From the NCBI GenBank assembly GCA_963818475.1, contig CAWFSF010000006.1, positions 1,728,001 through 1,792,000 of the forward strand: DNA of 64,000 nt, read 5' to 3'. How positions within the stretch are numbered: position 1 is the stretch's first letter; each line of letters starts with the position of its first letter. Positions 13,661-22,592 of the stretch are shown piece by piece. The notes under the pieces are model-generated. The model did not search any database. It was given only the letters and a program-made list of their open reading frames with translations, and was not told where the DNA came from. A program made the translations under genes and the position numbers. Origin of the DNA: Nitrospirota bacterium. GTDB taxonomy: Bacteria; Nitrospirota; UBA9217.

Positions 13661-14260
13661 ATGAAAGACATCAGTACGCTCATAAACAATAACCGGGAAT
13701 GGGCCAAACAGGTCGAGCAAGAAACCCCGGGTTTCTTCAAGAAACTTTCACGACAGAACCCGAAATACTTATGGATCGGGTGCTCTGACAGCCGGGTCCC
13801 TGCGAACCAGATAACCGGTCTGCTGCCGGGCGAGGTATTCGTTCACCGGAACATATCCAACCAGGTCATTAACACCGACATGAACCTGATGTGCGTTCTG
13901 CAATACGCAATCGAAATACTAAAAGTGAAGCACATCATCGTATGCGGCCATTACGGCTGCGGCGGCATCACTGCTGTCATGAAAAACAAGACTTCGGGCC
14001 TCCTGGAGCATTGGCTGGGGAATGTAAAAGCAGCGATTCCAGCGCACAAAAAGATCACGCACAATAAAATGTGCGAATTGAACGTCATCAAACAGGTCGA
14101 CAACCTCTCCCACAACACGATCGTGCAAAAAGCATGGAAACAGAAGAGAAAGCTCTATATTCACGGCTGGATCTATTCTGTCTCCGACGGTTTGATAAGA
14201 GATCTGAAAATAATGCAAAAAGGCGCGTCCACCAAGGATGCAGCGAAGCCAAAGGGATGA
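13661..14260 (+). CDS. can: Beta-class carbonic anhydrase
   Basis: WIGCSDSRVP, GEVFVHRN and VCGHYGCGG zinc-ligand motifs. Confidence 0.93.
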   Translation: MKDISTLINNNREWAKQVEQETPGFFKKLSRQNPKYLWIGCSDSRVPANQITGLLPGEVFVHRNISNQVINTDMNLMCVLQYAIEILKVKHIIVCGHYGCGGITAVMKNKTSGLLEHWLGNVKAAIPAHKKITHNKMCELNVIKQVDNLSHNTIVQKAWKQKRKLYIHGWIYSVSDGLIRDLKIMQKGASTKDAAKPKG

Positions 14261-14342
14261 GCGAATTATTTTAGCCGGTCGTTTCCTGCGGTGATGCCAT
14301 TATCATGCAGCACGAAATTCGGAGGGCACTGTCTTGCAGAAC

Positions 14343-15035
14343 ATGAGACGGCACAAACGATATCGGCTCGATCTTATTGAGGTGAACGGCCAGATAAGCC
14401 TGACCGACAAAGTGGAGATACTCGACATCAGTCTCGGCGGGATCGCCCTGAAAGTGGACCGTCGGCTGAATATCGGCAGAGAATATCTGCTGAAGCTGCG
14501 GGAAAAAGATAAAACGCTCGACGTAAGATGCATTGTCGCCCGCGCGGAATTGAGCGGCATTGAGCAGCGGGCCACCGGCGAAAGTGTCTCGATCTACACA
14601 ACAGGCATGATATTCAAGGAGGGTTCGACCGACAGGATCGCCGACTTTCTCAAGCCAATAGAACAGCACAAGAGAATGAAGAAGGTGGACGACGCCGACC
14701 GGCGGGTTGACGTCAGGTTCCTGCTCGGCGGCCCCAGGGACACGATGTTGAGCTATCCGGCTGAGTTCACCGTAAAGACGATCAGCCTGTGCGGCATGCT
14801 CATCCGGACAGAGCAGGCCCTGGCAATAGAAAGCAGGATCCCCATGGCATTGTCTCTCGATGCCGAAAATCCGGTTCGATTCATCGGAAGGATCGCTGCC
14901 TGCCAAAGGAACGATGATCAGGGGGGCAAACGTTACGACATAGGGGTCGAGTTCACCAACCTGACGGACCGGGACATCACCTTGTTGAAGACCTTCATAG
15001 ACTTCCTTGCAGACACAGATATAAAGAACACATAA
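14343..15035 (+). CDS. Tandem PilZ-domain protein
   Basis: Two RxxxR / (D/T)xSxxG motif pairs: RRHKR...DISLGG and RRVDVR...TISLCG. Confidence 0.8.
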   Translation: MRRHKRYRLDLIEVNGQISLTDKVEILDISLGGIALKVDRRLNIGREYLLKLREKDKTLDVRCIVARAELSGIEQRATGESVSIYTTGMIFKEGSTDRIADFLKPIEQHKRMKKVDDADRRVDVRFLLGGPRDTMLSYPAEFTVKTISLCGMLIRTEQALAIESRIPMALSLDAENPVRFIGRIAACQRNDDQGGKRYDIGVEFTNLTDRDITLLKTFIDFLADTDIKNT

Positions 15036-15147
15036 CAGAACGTCCTTGCAGCGGACTGCTAGATTATCGCTCCCTGTACCTCTCAGCCGCTTCAGCTTCC
15101 GATTTTCCCGGTTGTGACAATTCATCAAACTATGCTATTATAATTCC

Positions 15148-17141
15148 ATGCACGAGCAAGAGATCACCATACTCCGCGAGCTCATTATCATCCTCGCGGC
15201 CTCTCTTCCCATCACCTACCTCTTCCACCGGGCTAAGCTGCCGGCGCTTGTGGGATTCCTGATAACGGGCGTGCTCATCGGCCCCTACGGCACGGCAATC
15301 ATCACCGAGATCCAGGTGATCGAACGGCTGGCCGAGGTCGGCGTGGTCCTGCTATTGTTCACGGTAGGCATCGAGTTTTCCATCGCGGACATCGCGCAAT
15401 CGGGACGCCAACTCCTTATCGGCGGCAGTTCCCAGGTGGTCCTGACCATCGCCGTGATCATGGGCATCGCACTCTCGCTCGGCTACCCGCTCCCCCAGAC
15501 CGTTTTCTTCGGGTTCCTCGCATCGCTCAGCAGCACGGCCATCGTGCTCAAGATCTACTCGGACCGCGCTGAGCTCGACACCACCCACGGCAGGCTTTCC
15601 ACGGGCATCCTGCTGTTCCAGGACATCGCCGTCGTTCCCATGATGCTGCTGCTGCCGGTCCTGGGAGAGGCCGGCACGGCCGGGTCGGTCTCGCTGCTTT
15701 CGATCGCCGCCACGCTGGGCAAGGCAGTGATCGGTCTGGTCGTCGTCTTCATCGCGGCGCGCCAGGTCGTCCCCTTTCTCCTGCACCAGGTGATCCGCCT
15801 GAAGAACCGGGAGATCTTTTTCCTGCTCATCGTGCTCATCTGCCTGGGTACTGCCTGGATCACCTACAGCCTCGGCCTGTCCCTGGCGCTCGGCGCGTTC
15901 CTTGCCGGCCTTATCATCTCTGAATCGGAATACAGCCATCACATCGTGTCGGAGATCATGCCATTCCGCGATTACTTCGCGAGCATCTTCTTTATCTCCA
16001 TCGGCATGCTGCTCCATACCGGTCATTTCCTGGCGCACTGGCCCATGGTCATCATGCTCACCCTGCTGCTGATGCTCGTCAAGTCGGGCATTGTCGTCGC
16101 TACGGCCCGGGCGCTGCGCTACCCGATCCGAAGCGCGCTGCTGGCCGGGCTGGGGCTGGCGCAGATCGGCGAATTCTCGTTCCTGCTGGCGCAGCAGGGG
16201 CTCGACCGCGGCCTCATGGGCCAGGACGTGTTCCAGATGTTCATCAGCACATCGATCCTGAGCATGCTCGCCACACCGTTCCTGATGCAGGCCGGCCCCT
16301 GGTTCACGGCACGGCTTCCGGAACTGGCGCCTGCGGCCGCAAGCAAGAACAATGTCTGTACGACTCAAGGGACATACGGTCATCGCCGGCTACGGTCTGA
16401 ACGGCATGAACCTTGCCAAAACGCTGAAGGCGACGCACATTCCCTACGTGGTCCTGGAGGTCAACGCTGACACCATCCGGAGGGCACGGGACGACGGGCG
16501 AGCCCATCATCTACGGCGACATCACCCGAAAGGACGTGCTCGTACGCGCAGGAGTGGAGTGCGCCAAGGTCATGGTCTTTGCCGTCTCCGATTTTGCCGC
16601 GACCCGCATCGCCGTGCGCACGGTGCGCGAACTGAACCCGTCGATCTTCATCCTGATCCGCACCCGCTATGCCGCCGATGTGGATGAACTGTACAAGCTC
16701 GGCGCGGACCAGGTGATCCCCGAGGAGTTCGAGACATCGATCGAGATCTTCTCGCGCGTCCTCCATCAGTACCACGTCCCCGGCAACATCATCGCGAACC
16801 AGATCCAGCTGGTGCGCTTCGAAGGTTATAAGATGCTGCGCGGCATCTCTCTGGATCAGGAGAACCTCAGCCGCGTGGCGGCGCTCTTTGCCGGCGCGAC
16901 TGTGGACAATATCCAGCTCCAGTCCGGATCGCCGGCCATCGGCAAAACGCTGAAGGACCTTGACATCCGTCGCGCCACCGGCGCCACGGTCATCGCCGTG
17001 GTCAGGAACGGCGAGGCAGCAACCAATCCCGGCCCGGATTATACGCTCCAATCCGATGACATTCTGGTGCTGCTCGGCGCGCACCGCGACCTGGACGAGG
17101 CTGCGGGCCTGTTGACGCTGCGCGGGCAGGTGGATGGATGA
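15148..17141 (+). CDS. CPA2/Kef-type cation:proton antiporter with TrkA-N and TrkA-C domains (frameshifted)
   Basis: SLSSTAIVLK, GILLFQD and LAQIGEFSF transmembrane motifs; IAGYGLNG Rossmann motif; C-terminal RCK-C domain. Confidence 0.9.
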
Positions 17142-17157
17142 GGGAAAGAGAGAACAT

Positions 17158-17565
17158 ATGGGGTTCATAACATGGAATGACCATTATTCGGTCAATGTAC
17201 CGGAGATAGACGATCAGCACAAAAAACTGATCGCCCTGGCCAACCAGTTGTACGACGCCATGCGCGCGGGCAAAGGACGGGACGTGCTCGGCCCCGTATT
17301 GACCGAGCTCGTAGAGTACACGACCTATCATTTCGAATCCGAAGAGCGACTCATGCTGCAGCACGATTACCCGGAGCACGACGAGCATAAGGAACAGCAC
17401 GATTCGCTGGCAGAGAAGGCAAGGCAGTTCAGGGATGACTTCAGACAGGGAAAGGGATCCCGCGCCATGGATGTCATGCTTTTTCTGAGCAACTGGCTGG
17501 ATGTCCACATTCTCGAAGTGGACAAGCGCTATGCGTTGTTCCTGAGCGACAAAGGCGTTTCCTGA
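17158..17565 (+). CDS. Bacteriohemerythrin
   Basis: WNDHYSVNVPEIDDQHKKL, HFESEE, HKEQH, WLDVHILEVD. Confidence 0.92.
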   Translation: MGFITWNDHYSVNVPEIDDQHKKLIALANQLYDAMRAGKGRDVLGPVLTELVEYTTYHFESEERLMLQHDYPEHDEHKEQHDSLAEKARQFRDDFRQGKGSRAMDVMLFLSNWLDVHILEVDKRYALFLSDKGVS

Positions 17566-17589
17566 TCTTTCACGGTAAAACGCTTCGAC

Positions 17590-17934
17590 CTACTGGTGTA
17601 TTTCTTTGCACATCTTCAGTTTTTCGCAAGCCAGGGCGCTTCCCGAACCTTTGGGGCACAGATTGCCTGTCGGCAAACCGCAATTGAGCGGCCCGAAATC
17701 CCCGACCGCAAAGGAATAGATACAGCAGTTCACCCGTTCCCCCGATGGATCCTTACCAAGGCAGCATTCCTGCTTTTCCCCGCAGTCCTCAAAAGCGCCC
17801 AATTGCGCTTCCTCGGCCTGCCCGCACGCAGCCCGACAGGTACCGTTCAACATGGAACAATTTTCCCCTGCCATGGTGAAAGATGAAGTGAATAGAATAA
17901 CGATGAAAATGGCGATTGAGGATATATGTGGCAT
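17590..17934 (-). CDS. Small secreted cysteine-rich protein (12 Cys; beta-defensin-like spacing in first half)
   Basis: ATG at 17934, hydrophobic signal peptide, then C-x6-C-x3-C-x13-C-x5-CC followed by CC-x13-C-x7-C-x9-C-x5-C. Confidence 0.7.
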   Translation of the reverse strand: MPHISSIAIFIVILFTSSFTMAGENCSMLNGTCRAACGQAEEAQLGAFEDCGEKQECCLGKDPSGERVNCCIYSFAVGDFGPLNCGLPTGNLCPKGSGSALACEKLKMCKEIHQ

Positions 17935-17977
17935 TCTGTCACCGGTCGGTTTTGTTAAGTGTACTGCTTCCTTTATT

Positions 17978-18036
17978 GATGAACACGCGGCTAAGACGCG
18001 CGTTTCTGCGCGTCGGACTTGAGCCGCAGGTTGGAA
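17978..18036 (-). other. attC-like recombination site (CALIN)
   Basis: Minus strand TTCCAAC-CTGCGGCTCAAG...CTTAGCCGCGT-GTTCATC, 59-bp imperfect palindrome. Confidence 0.75.
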
Positions 18037-18650
18037 CATTGGGTAGCGTTTCGCTTGACACCGTCGATGGTGTTTTTTTCTAAAATATCAAGACGATATT
18101 CAATTGCATTGGCTATGCAGTGACGTACGCGAGAATGCTGAATATCTTGAGAATTTCTTATGAAAGAAATAACGTCTCTAAGCGATTCCTTTTTATCTTT
18201 GTTTGATCTTTGTGCCTTTATGGCTAGAGCCTCAAAAATGTCGGCGGCTAATAATTCACCGAATTGAAACTCAGAATAATATAAACTTTGGGGACGCCAA
18301 ATTGCCAGAACAACGACGATTAGTAACACGAGGAAAATAAATGCTATACCGGCAAAAAGCATTGCACCTTTAAGTTCTGAGGGTGCAGATACTAATCCGA
18401 TCAATAGAACAGACTCGGAGATTGTTAAGATGAAGGCAAGCAGATTGAACGGAGACCTGATCGCGTCAATCAATTTAATTTGCCAGAATCCATTTTTTTG
18501 ATATTTTGATTTACGAAGCATAATTAACTTATTTATAAAGCATACTGAAATATTTTCAATTGGTGTTTGCAGATCAGCTGCTCTAGGAATTAGCTCATAG
18601 AGATCATGTAATATTGGATTTATAATCACCTCAATTGCTTTTTTAATCAA
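17991..18650 (-). CDS. Hypothetical two-TM membrane protein (cassette gene)
   Basis: AT-rich ORF with two hydrophobic helices; stop codon lies inside the attC. Confidence 0.6.
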   Translation of the reverse strand: MIKKAIEVIINPILHDLYELIPRAADLQTPIENISVCFINKLIMLRKSKYQKNGFWQIKLIDAIRSPFNLLAFILTISESVLLIGLVSAPSELKGAMLFAGIAFIFLVLLIVVVLAIWRPQSLYYSEFQFGELLAADIFEALAIKAQRSNKDKKESLRDVISFIRNSQDIQHSRVRHCIANAIEYRLDILEKNTIDGVKRNATQCSNLRLKSDAQKRAS

Positions 18651-19032
18651 TTCGACTTTTTATTCTCATGCTCTCTTGAGAATCCGCAGGCGTAATACCC
18701 ATATGTTTTTATAAAGAATTTTACAACTAATATCGCTTCAAAAACAAAGGGCTTTATTAACCCGCCACCCATGAAAGGAACTTCAATCTTGTTTTAAAAC
18801 ATTCACCTGCAGTTTAAGAGACTTATAAAAAAGCGTTTGTTGGGACAAAATTGGAATCATTTAGGATTTTTTTGTGGAAAAATATTAAGTGTAAGTATCT
18901 GTAAAAAAAGAGGTCGCATTTGCGCGAGTAACCATATGAACGTCATGTGAAGTATTTAGATCGGCATGGGAAGTCGTCGGAGACGAATAAAACATTTTAA
19001 ATCGCCGTATTTGAAAAATATTATGATCAAGG

Positions 19033-19638
19033 TTAATTCAATATCTTTTCTTTTTCGAATCTCATGTAACGTTTTAGTTCTCTCGGTGGTATGCGAAGAT
19101 ATTTTACTTTGGCAAGAGTAAATAAAACGCTCGCAGTGATCGGAGCGTCTTTCTTCAGTGATTTATTGGATGAACGACCTCGGTTTATGCGATCGTAGAT
19201 TAACGTAGCGAACCAATGATTAAGCTCTGGCATGAAAGCAATTTCTTTTTTTCTATCAACTGGCATTTTAGGAAATCTTTTTAGCCATTTTTTAAACGTC
19301 TTAACATGAATTCCAAAATAACGTGCGATATTTCCAATGCCGAGCAAGTAGAATTCATTTATTAAATGAATATCTTTTTTGTACATAAACATCCGCCTGT
19401 TCTTATGATGAACAGGCAAATTATACTTTCTAGACAATCTGTACAGTCGTTTTCTATTTGCATCATGATTATCTGCCCTGCTACTAATATTCAATGCTGT
19501 GCATATCTCTTTACAGCCTACTACAATTCCTTCGCTTTTGTCTTTCGCCGCATGTTTGTCACGCATAAAATAACGAGATAGATCAAACAACACTTGTTCC
19601 AGCCGGTCGTCATTCTTTATGCAAAGATATTTTGTCAT
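19033..19638 (-). CDS. Basic protein with two tandem excisionase/MerR-like HTH repeats (cassette gene)
   Basis: VGCKEICTALNIS...RLYRLSRKYNLPVHH and LGIGNIARYFGIHVKTFKKWLKRFPKMPVDR; starts right after an attC. Confidence 0.6.
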   Translation of the reverse strand: MTKYLCIKNDDRLEQVLFDLSRYFMRDKHAAKDKSEGIVVGCKEICTALNISSRADNHDANRKRLYRLSRKYNLPVHHKNRRMFMYKKDIHLINEFYLLGIGNIARYFGIHVKTFKKWLKRFPKMPVDRKKEIAFMPELNHWFATLIYDRINRGRSSNKSLKKDAPITASVLFTLAKVKYLRIPPRELKRYMRFEKEKILN

Positions 19639-19647
19639 ATAGGCTTA

Positions 19648-19707
19648 GTTCAACACGCCGGTCACGCGCCGCCGTCTGGCGCGTCGCTGTGGACTGGCTC
19701 GTTGGTC
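19648..19707 (-). other. attC site (CALIN)
   Basis: Minus strand GACCAAC-GAGCCAGTCCACAGCGACGCGCC...GGCGCGTGACCGGCGT-GTTGAAC, 60 bp. Confidence 0.85.
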
Positions 19708-19709
19708 TA

Positions 19710-20525
19710 TCATTGTTGTTTTCTGCTGTTTTCTTCCGAAGAGTCTTCATTCCCCACGCCGAGTTGCAGAGCCATTCTCCGGCCACTATGTGTTAGTTCA
19801 TATTTCTGCATACGCATCTCCTGATTATAATTTCGAACCACTAAATTCTTTGCGACAAGCTCACCTAAAATGAATTCCGAGACAACTTTTGAGCAGCCAA
19901 ATTTCTTAGTTAAGCCTTGCATGATGGTTGATTCGTAACTTTCAGATGAATTCTTGAATAAGCCAAAGAAGTATATTACTTCATTTTTGTATTTCTGCAA
20001 TTCGGTTAGTTCCACAAGAAACAAACTGTGTTCATTTGGCACATATTGAGGTTTCTCTTTGTTGAGAGCCGTATAAATGTCGCGAATTCTCTCGATTTCT
20101 GCATCTCTCTTTGTAATTTCCTCCTGATGTTCCTTTGTCATTCTGTACATTTCGCTTCTAATCATTGTCGCTTCTTCTCTTGTTAGTGGTTCTTCATCTT
20201 CGATTCTTTGCCTGGCTTCCTTTAAATCCTTCTGTCGCGCTCGCCAAAATTCGTACACCTTCTTCGCAGGATATGGATAGACATAAATAAAGAATGCAGT
20301 GGTCATGAGAGGATATGCCATCCCTTTGAGCAATGCTATCTTTTGGCTTGGAAAGATGATTGCATCAATCAAATTGAATTTATCACTAACTGGTATCGTC
20401 GAAAAGATTATAATGAGAAAGCGATAATTCCAAAGACACCATGAAAGAACGAAGGTACCCAACAGAGGGCTCGATATGCGTTCGTATAGCATAGCCTTTA
20501 TTGTCTTCATCGTATCTTCAAACAT
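19710..20525 (-). CDS. Hypothetical membrane protein with coiled coil and probable C-terminal winged helix (cassette gene)
   Basis: 271-aa ORF bounded by attC sites on both sides; GGAG RBS. Confidence 0.75.
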   Translation of the reverse strand: MFEDTMKTIKAMLYERISSPLLGTFVLSWCLWNYRFLIIIFSTIPVSDKFNLIDAIIFPSQKIALLKGMAYPLMTTAFFIYVYPYPAKKVYEFWRARQKDLKEARQRIEDEEPLTREEATMIRSEMYRMTKEHQEEITKRDAEIERIRDIYTALNKEKPQYVPNEHSLFLVELTELQKYKNEVIYFFGLFKNSSESYESTIMQGLTKKFGCSKVVSEFILGELVAKNLVVRNYNQEMRMQKYELTHSGRRMALQLGVGNEDSSEENSRKQQ

Positions 20526-20560
20526 TGGCTTACTCCTCCAGATTTTATTATCCTATATAA

Positions 20561-20618
20561 ATCTAACGCGCGCGTGAGCCGCGAGTTTTTCGCGGCGGAC
20601 TCGACGCGCTGGTTGAGA
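20561..20618 (-). other. attC site (CALIN)
   Basis: Minus strand TCTCAAC-CAGCGCGTCGAG...CTCACGCGCGC-GTTAGAT, 58 bp. Confidence 0.85.
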
Positions 20619-20670
20619 TCATCGTGACAGATTCCGTCGTGATCTCTCCGGACTTAGATACTTTTTGATC

Positions 20671-22164
20671 TTATCTTTTAAAATGGCGCCTTAATGCTAA
20701 TATAAAGAGTGGGATAAGTGTCGACATAACGATGAATTGTAAAATGTAGATCTTGATAGTCGATGAAGATTTGATTTCCGTAAAATATCTTGCAATCCCC
20801 GGGATTAGATTTCCAATGGCATAAAATAGTGATTCATAAAAATCATGTAGGATGCCACCCAGGTCGTTTGGTATCCCAAATTCGTATTGAATATTTGGCA
20901 ACCCTGTAAACATAGTAATTGAAGAAAATACAAGGAGACTTATCAGTATTAACACCAGCGGTCGGATATAGCTTATCCCATACCCACTTGTATATTTGTA
21001 CCAAGCATAAAAAGAGAAGACGTCAGTTTTCATCCAATACATCAGCGCATAGAAGGACAACTTTGGATTCTTCTTATCGATCTTTTCGGCAAGAGTTGCA
21101 CCCGTAAGGAAACGCTTCATCTCCATTTCGCAGTAGTGAAATTTATCCGCAGTGACGTAGTCCTTATTCGTTTCAAAATTATTTTTGAAGGAACAATATG
21201 TTTCTTTCAAAGACTGATTATTGGTGTTCATTTCACTAGCTGCATTAAAACCACAATTGTAACCTTCGCTCCAATAATTTCCTGCTCTGGAATTGAACAA
21301 TTCATCAAACAATATTATTCGAGTGGCGGACAGGAATTTTGCTTCATTAAATTTGCAATCTATAAATCTTGCATTTAGCAATTTAGCACCAAGGAAAAAG
21401 ACCTCCGTTAAATCTATGTGATTGAAAACGCAATTAGATAAATCAGCAGATATAAAAGATACATTCTTGAGAGAACTGGCGGCAAATTCAAGTCCCCCAT
21501 TGCCTCTGGGGCTAAACATGCAGTTTTTCAAACTGGATTTGTGGAATATAATTCTATGGTCGGCTGCGATTATAACATGGGAGAAGTTTAGCTTAACGTA
21601 GTTGGTTGCAGCGATGTCTTTTGCGTCACTTAGACCAGATGCAGAGGCAAAAATACAGTCGCCCGAAAAAGTAGCTCTTTCAAAATCTAGTGCGTTATAC
21701 TCGATTTGATGAAAATTAGACTTGGTCAAGAAGTTACATTCTCGAAAAGTTGCCTTGCCTCTGAAAACGACCCCGGCAAACGATGTAGAGCTACCCCGAA
21801 AAGTTGATCGATCGAATACAACATCGTCGAATTCAGAACCTGAACAATCTAAATCAACAAAGTCATCATTAGACAAATCGACCGAGTGACGAAACTTGCA
21901 GTCTCTTAATATTGTTTTCTGTTTGTAGGGATTGCCCGTTTTCGTAAATGGTGCTTTGCTGCTAAATTCAATGCCGCTGTAATCACGATTGCACTGGTAG
22001 TGTTTATTTTTATAAGTATTAAATTCATCATCTAAACCAAGTCGTTCTCTTAATTTTATAGGGGCATGCAGAGTGCAATATTCCTTACCATCATCATCTT
22101 TATATGTTGGTCCGCCTAACTGTTTGCACCAATCATATTTTGTTATCATACAACATGTTCCCAT
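20671..22164 (-). CDS. Pentapeptide-repeat protein with C-terminal transmembrane (channel-like) segment
   Basis: Repeated xFxxx/xLxxx pentads; C-terminal SGYGISYIRP followed by TM helices; probable start ATG 22164 with GGAG RBS. Confidence 0.8.
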   Translation of the reverse strand: MGTCCMITKYDWCKQLGGPTYKDDDGKEYCTLHAPIKLRERLGLDDEFNTYKNKHYQCNRDYSGIEFSSKAPFTKTGNPYKQKTILRDCKFRHSVDLSNDDFVDLDCSGSEFDDVVFDRSTFRGSSTSFAGVVFRGKATFRECNFLTKSNFHQIEYNALDFERATFSGDCIFASASGLSDAKDIAATNYVKLNFSHVIIAADHRIIFHKSSLKNCMFSPRGNGGLEFAASSLKNVSFISADLSNCVFNHIDLTEVFFLGAKLLNARFIDCKFNEAKFLSATRIILFDELFNSRAGNYWSEGYNCGFNAASEMNTNNQSLKETYCSFKNNFETNKDYVTADKFHYCEMEMKRFLTGATLAEKIDKKNPKLSFYALMYWMKTDVFSFYAWYKYTSGYGISYIRPLVLILISLLVFSSITMFTGLPNIQYEFGIPNDLGGILHDFYESLFYAIGNLIPGIARYFTEIKSSSTIKIYILQFIVMSTLIPLFILALRRHFKR

Positions 22165-22210
22165 ATGGTCTTTCTCCAAATTAACAAGTTGTTTACTATA
22201 AGGGGCCATA

Positions 22211-22336
22211 TATCTACAGGTATATACATTCATCTACCGGCAGATGAAAATATCTACCTGTAGATAGCAAGCTTCCATATACCGGTAGATAACTTTTCAA
22301 ATTAACAAACTGCTATGAATCATCTACCTGTATATG
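22211..22336. promoter_or_regulatory. Five copies of the 16-bp palindrome YATCTACCGGTAGATR (operator- or iteron-like)
   Basis: Copies at 22211 tatctacaggtatata, 22231 catctaccggcagatg, 22251 tatctacctgtagata, 22276 catataccggtagata, 22321 catctacctgtatatg. Confidence 0.7.
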
Positions 22337-22512
22337 TTTTTCCTGAGACGTGCCAGCGATTTTACCATACTTCACAAACCAAAGCAGTTTCTCAGGATTC
22401 CACCTTCCTCCTGCCGTTTTGGCTTGCAGACGAGCAGGCATGTCGTCGGCTCTAATGCGCATAGGCACCAGCGCTTCCGCATCATAGCGCTGCGGCGGAT
22501 TCCATCCAGTTT

Positions 22513-22588
22513 GTAGGTTGGGCTACGCATCACAGCCCAACATCTTTTATATTCTGTTGGGCAAGGTGTGGCGTTTTGCCCAACCTAC
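22513..22588. repeat. REP doublet (REPIN-like), GTAGGTTGGGC family
   Basis: gtaggttgggc-x-gcccaac ... gttgggc-x-gcccaacctac: two inverted GTAG-footed hairpins. Confidence 0.7.
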
Positions 22589-22592
22589 CTGA

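Noticed and set aside
22211-22336. Palindrome cluster as a CRISPR array
   Set aside because: Repeats are only 16 bp with gaps of 4, 4, 9 and 29 bp, which does not fit CRISPR geometry.
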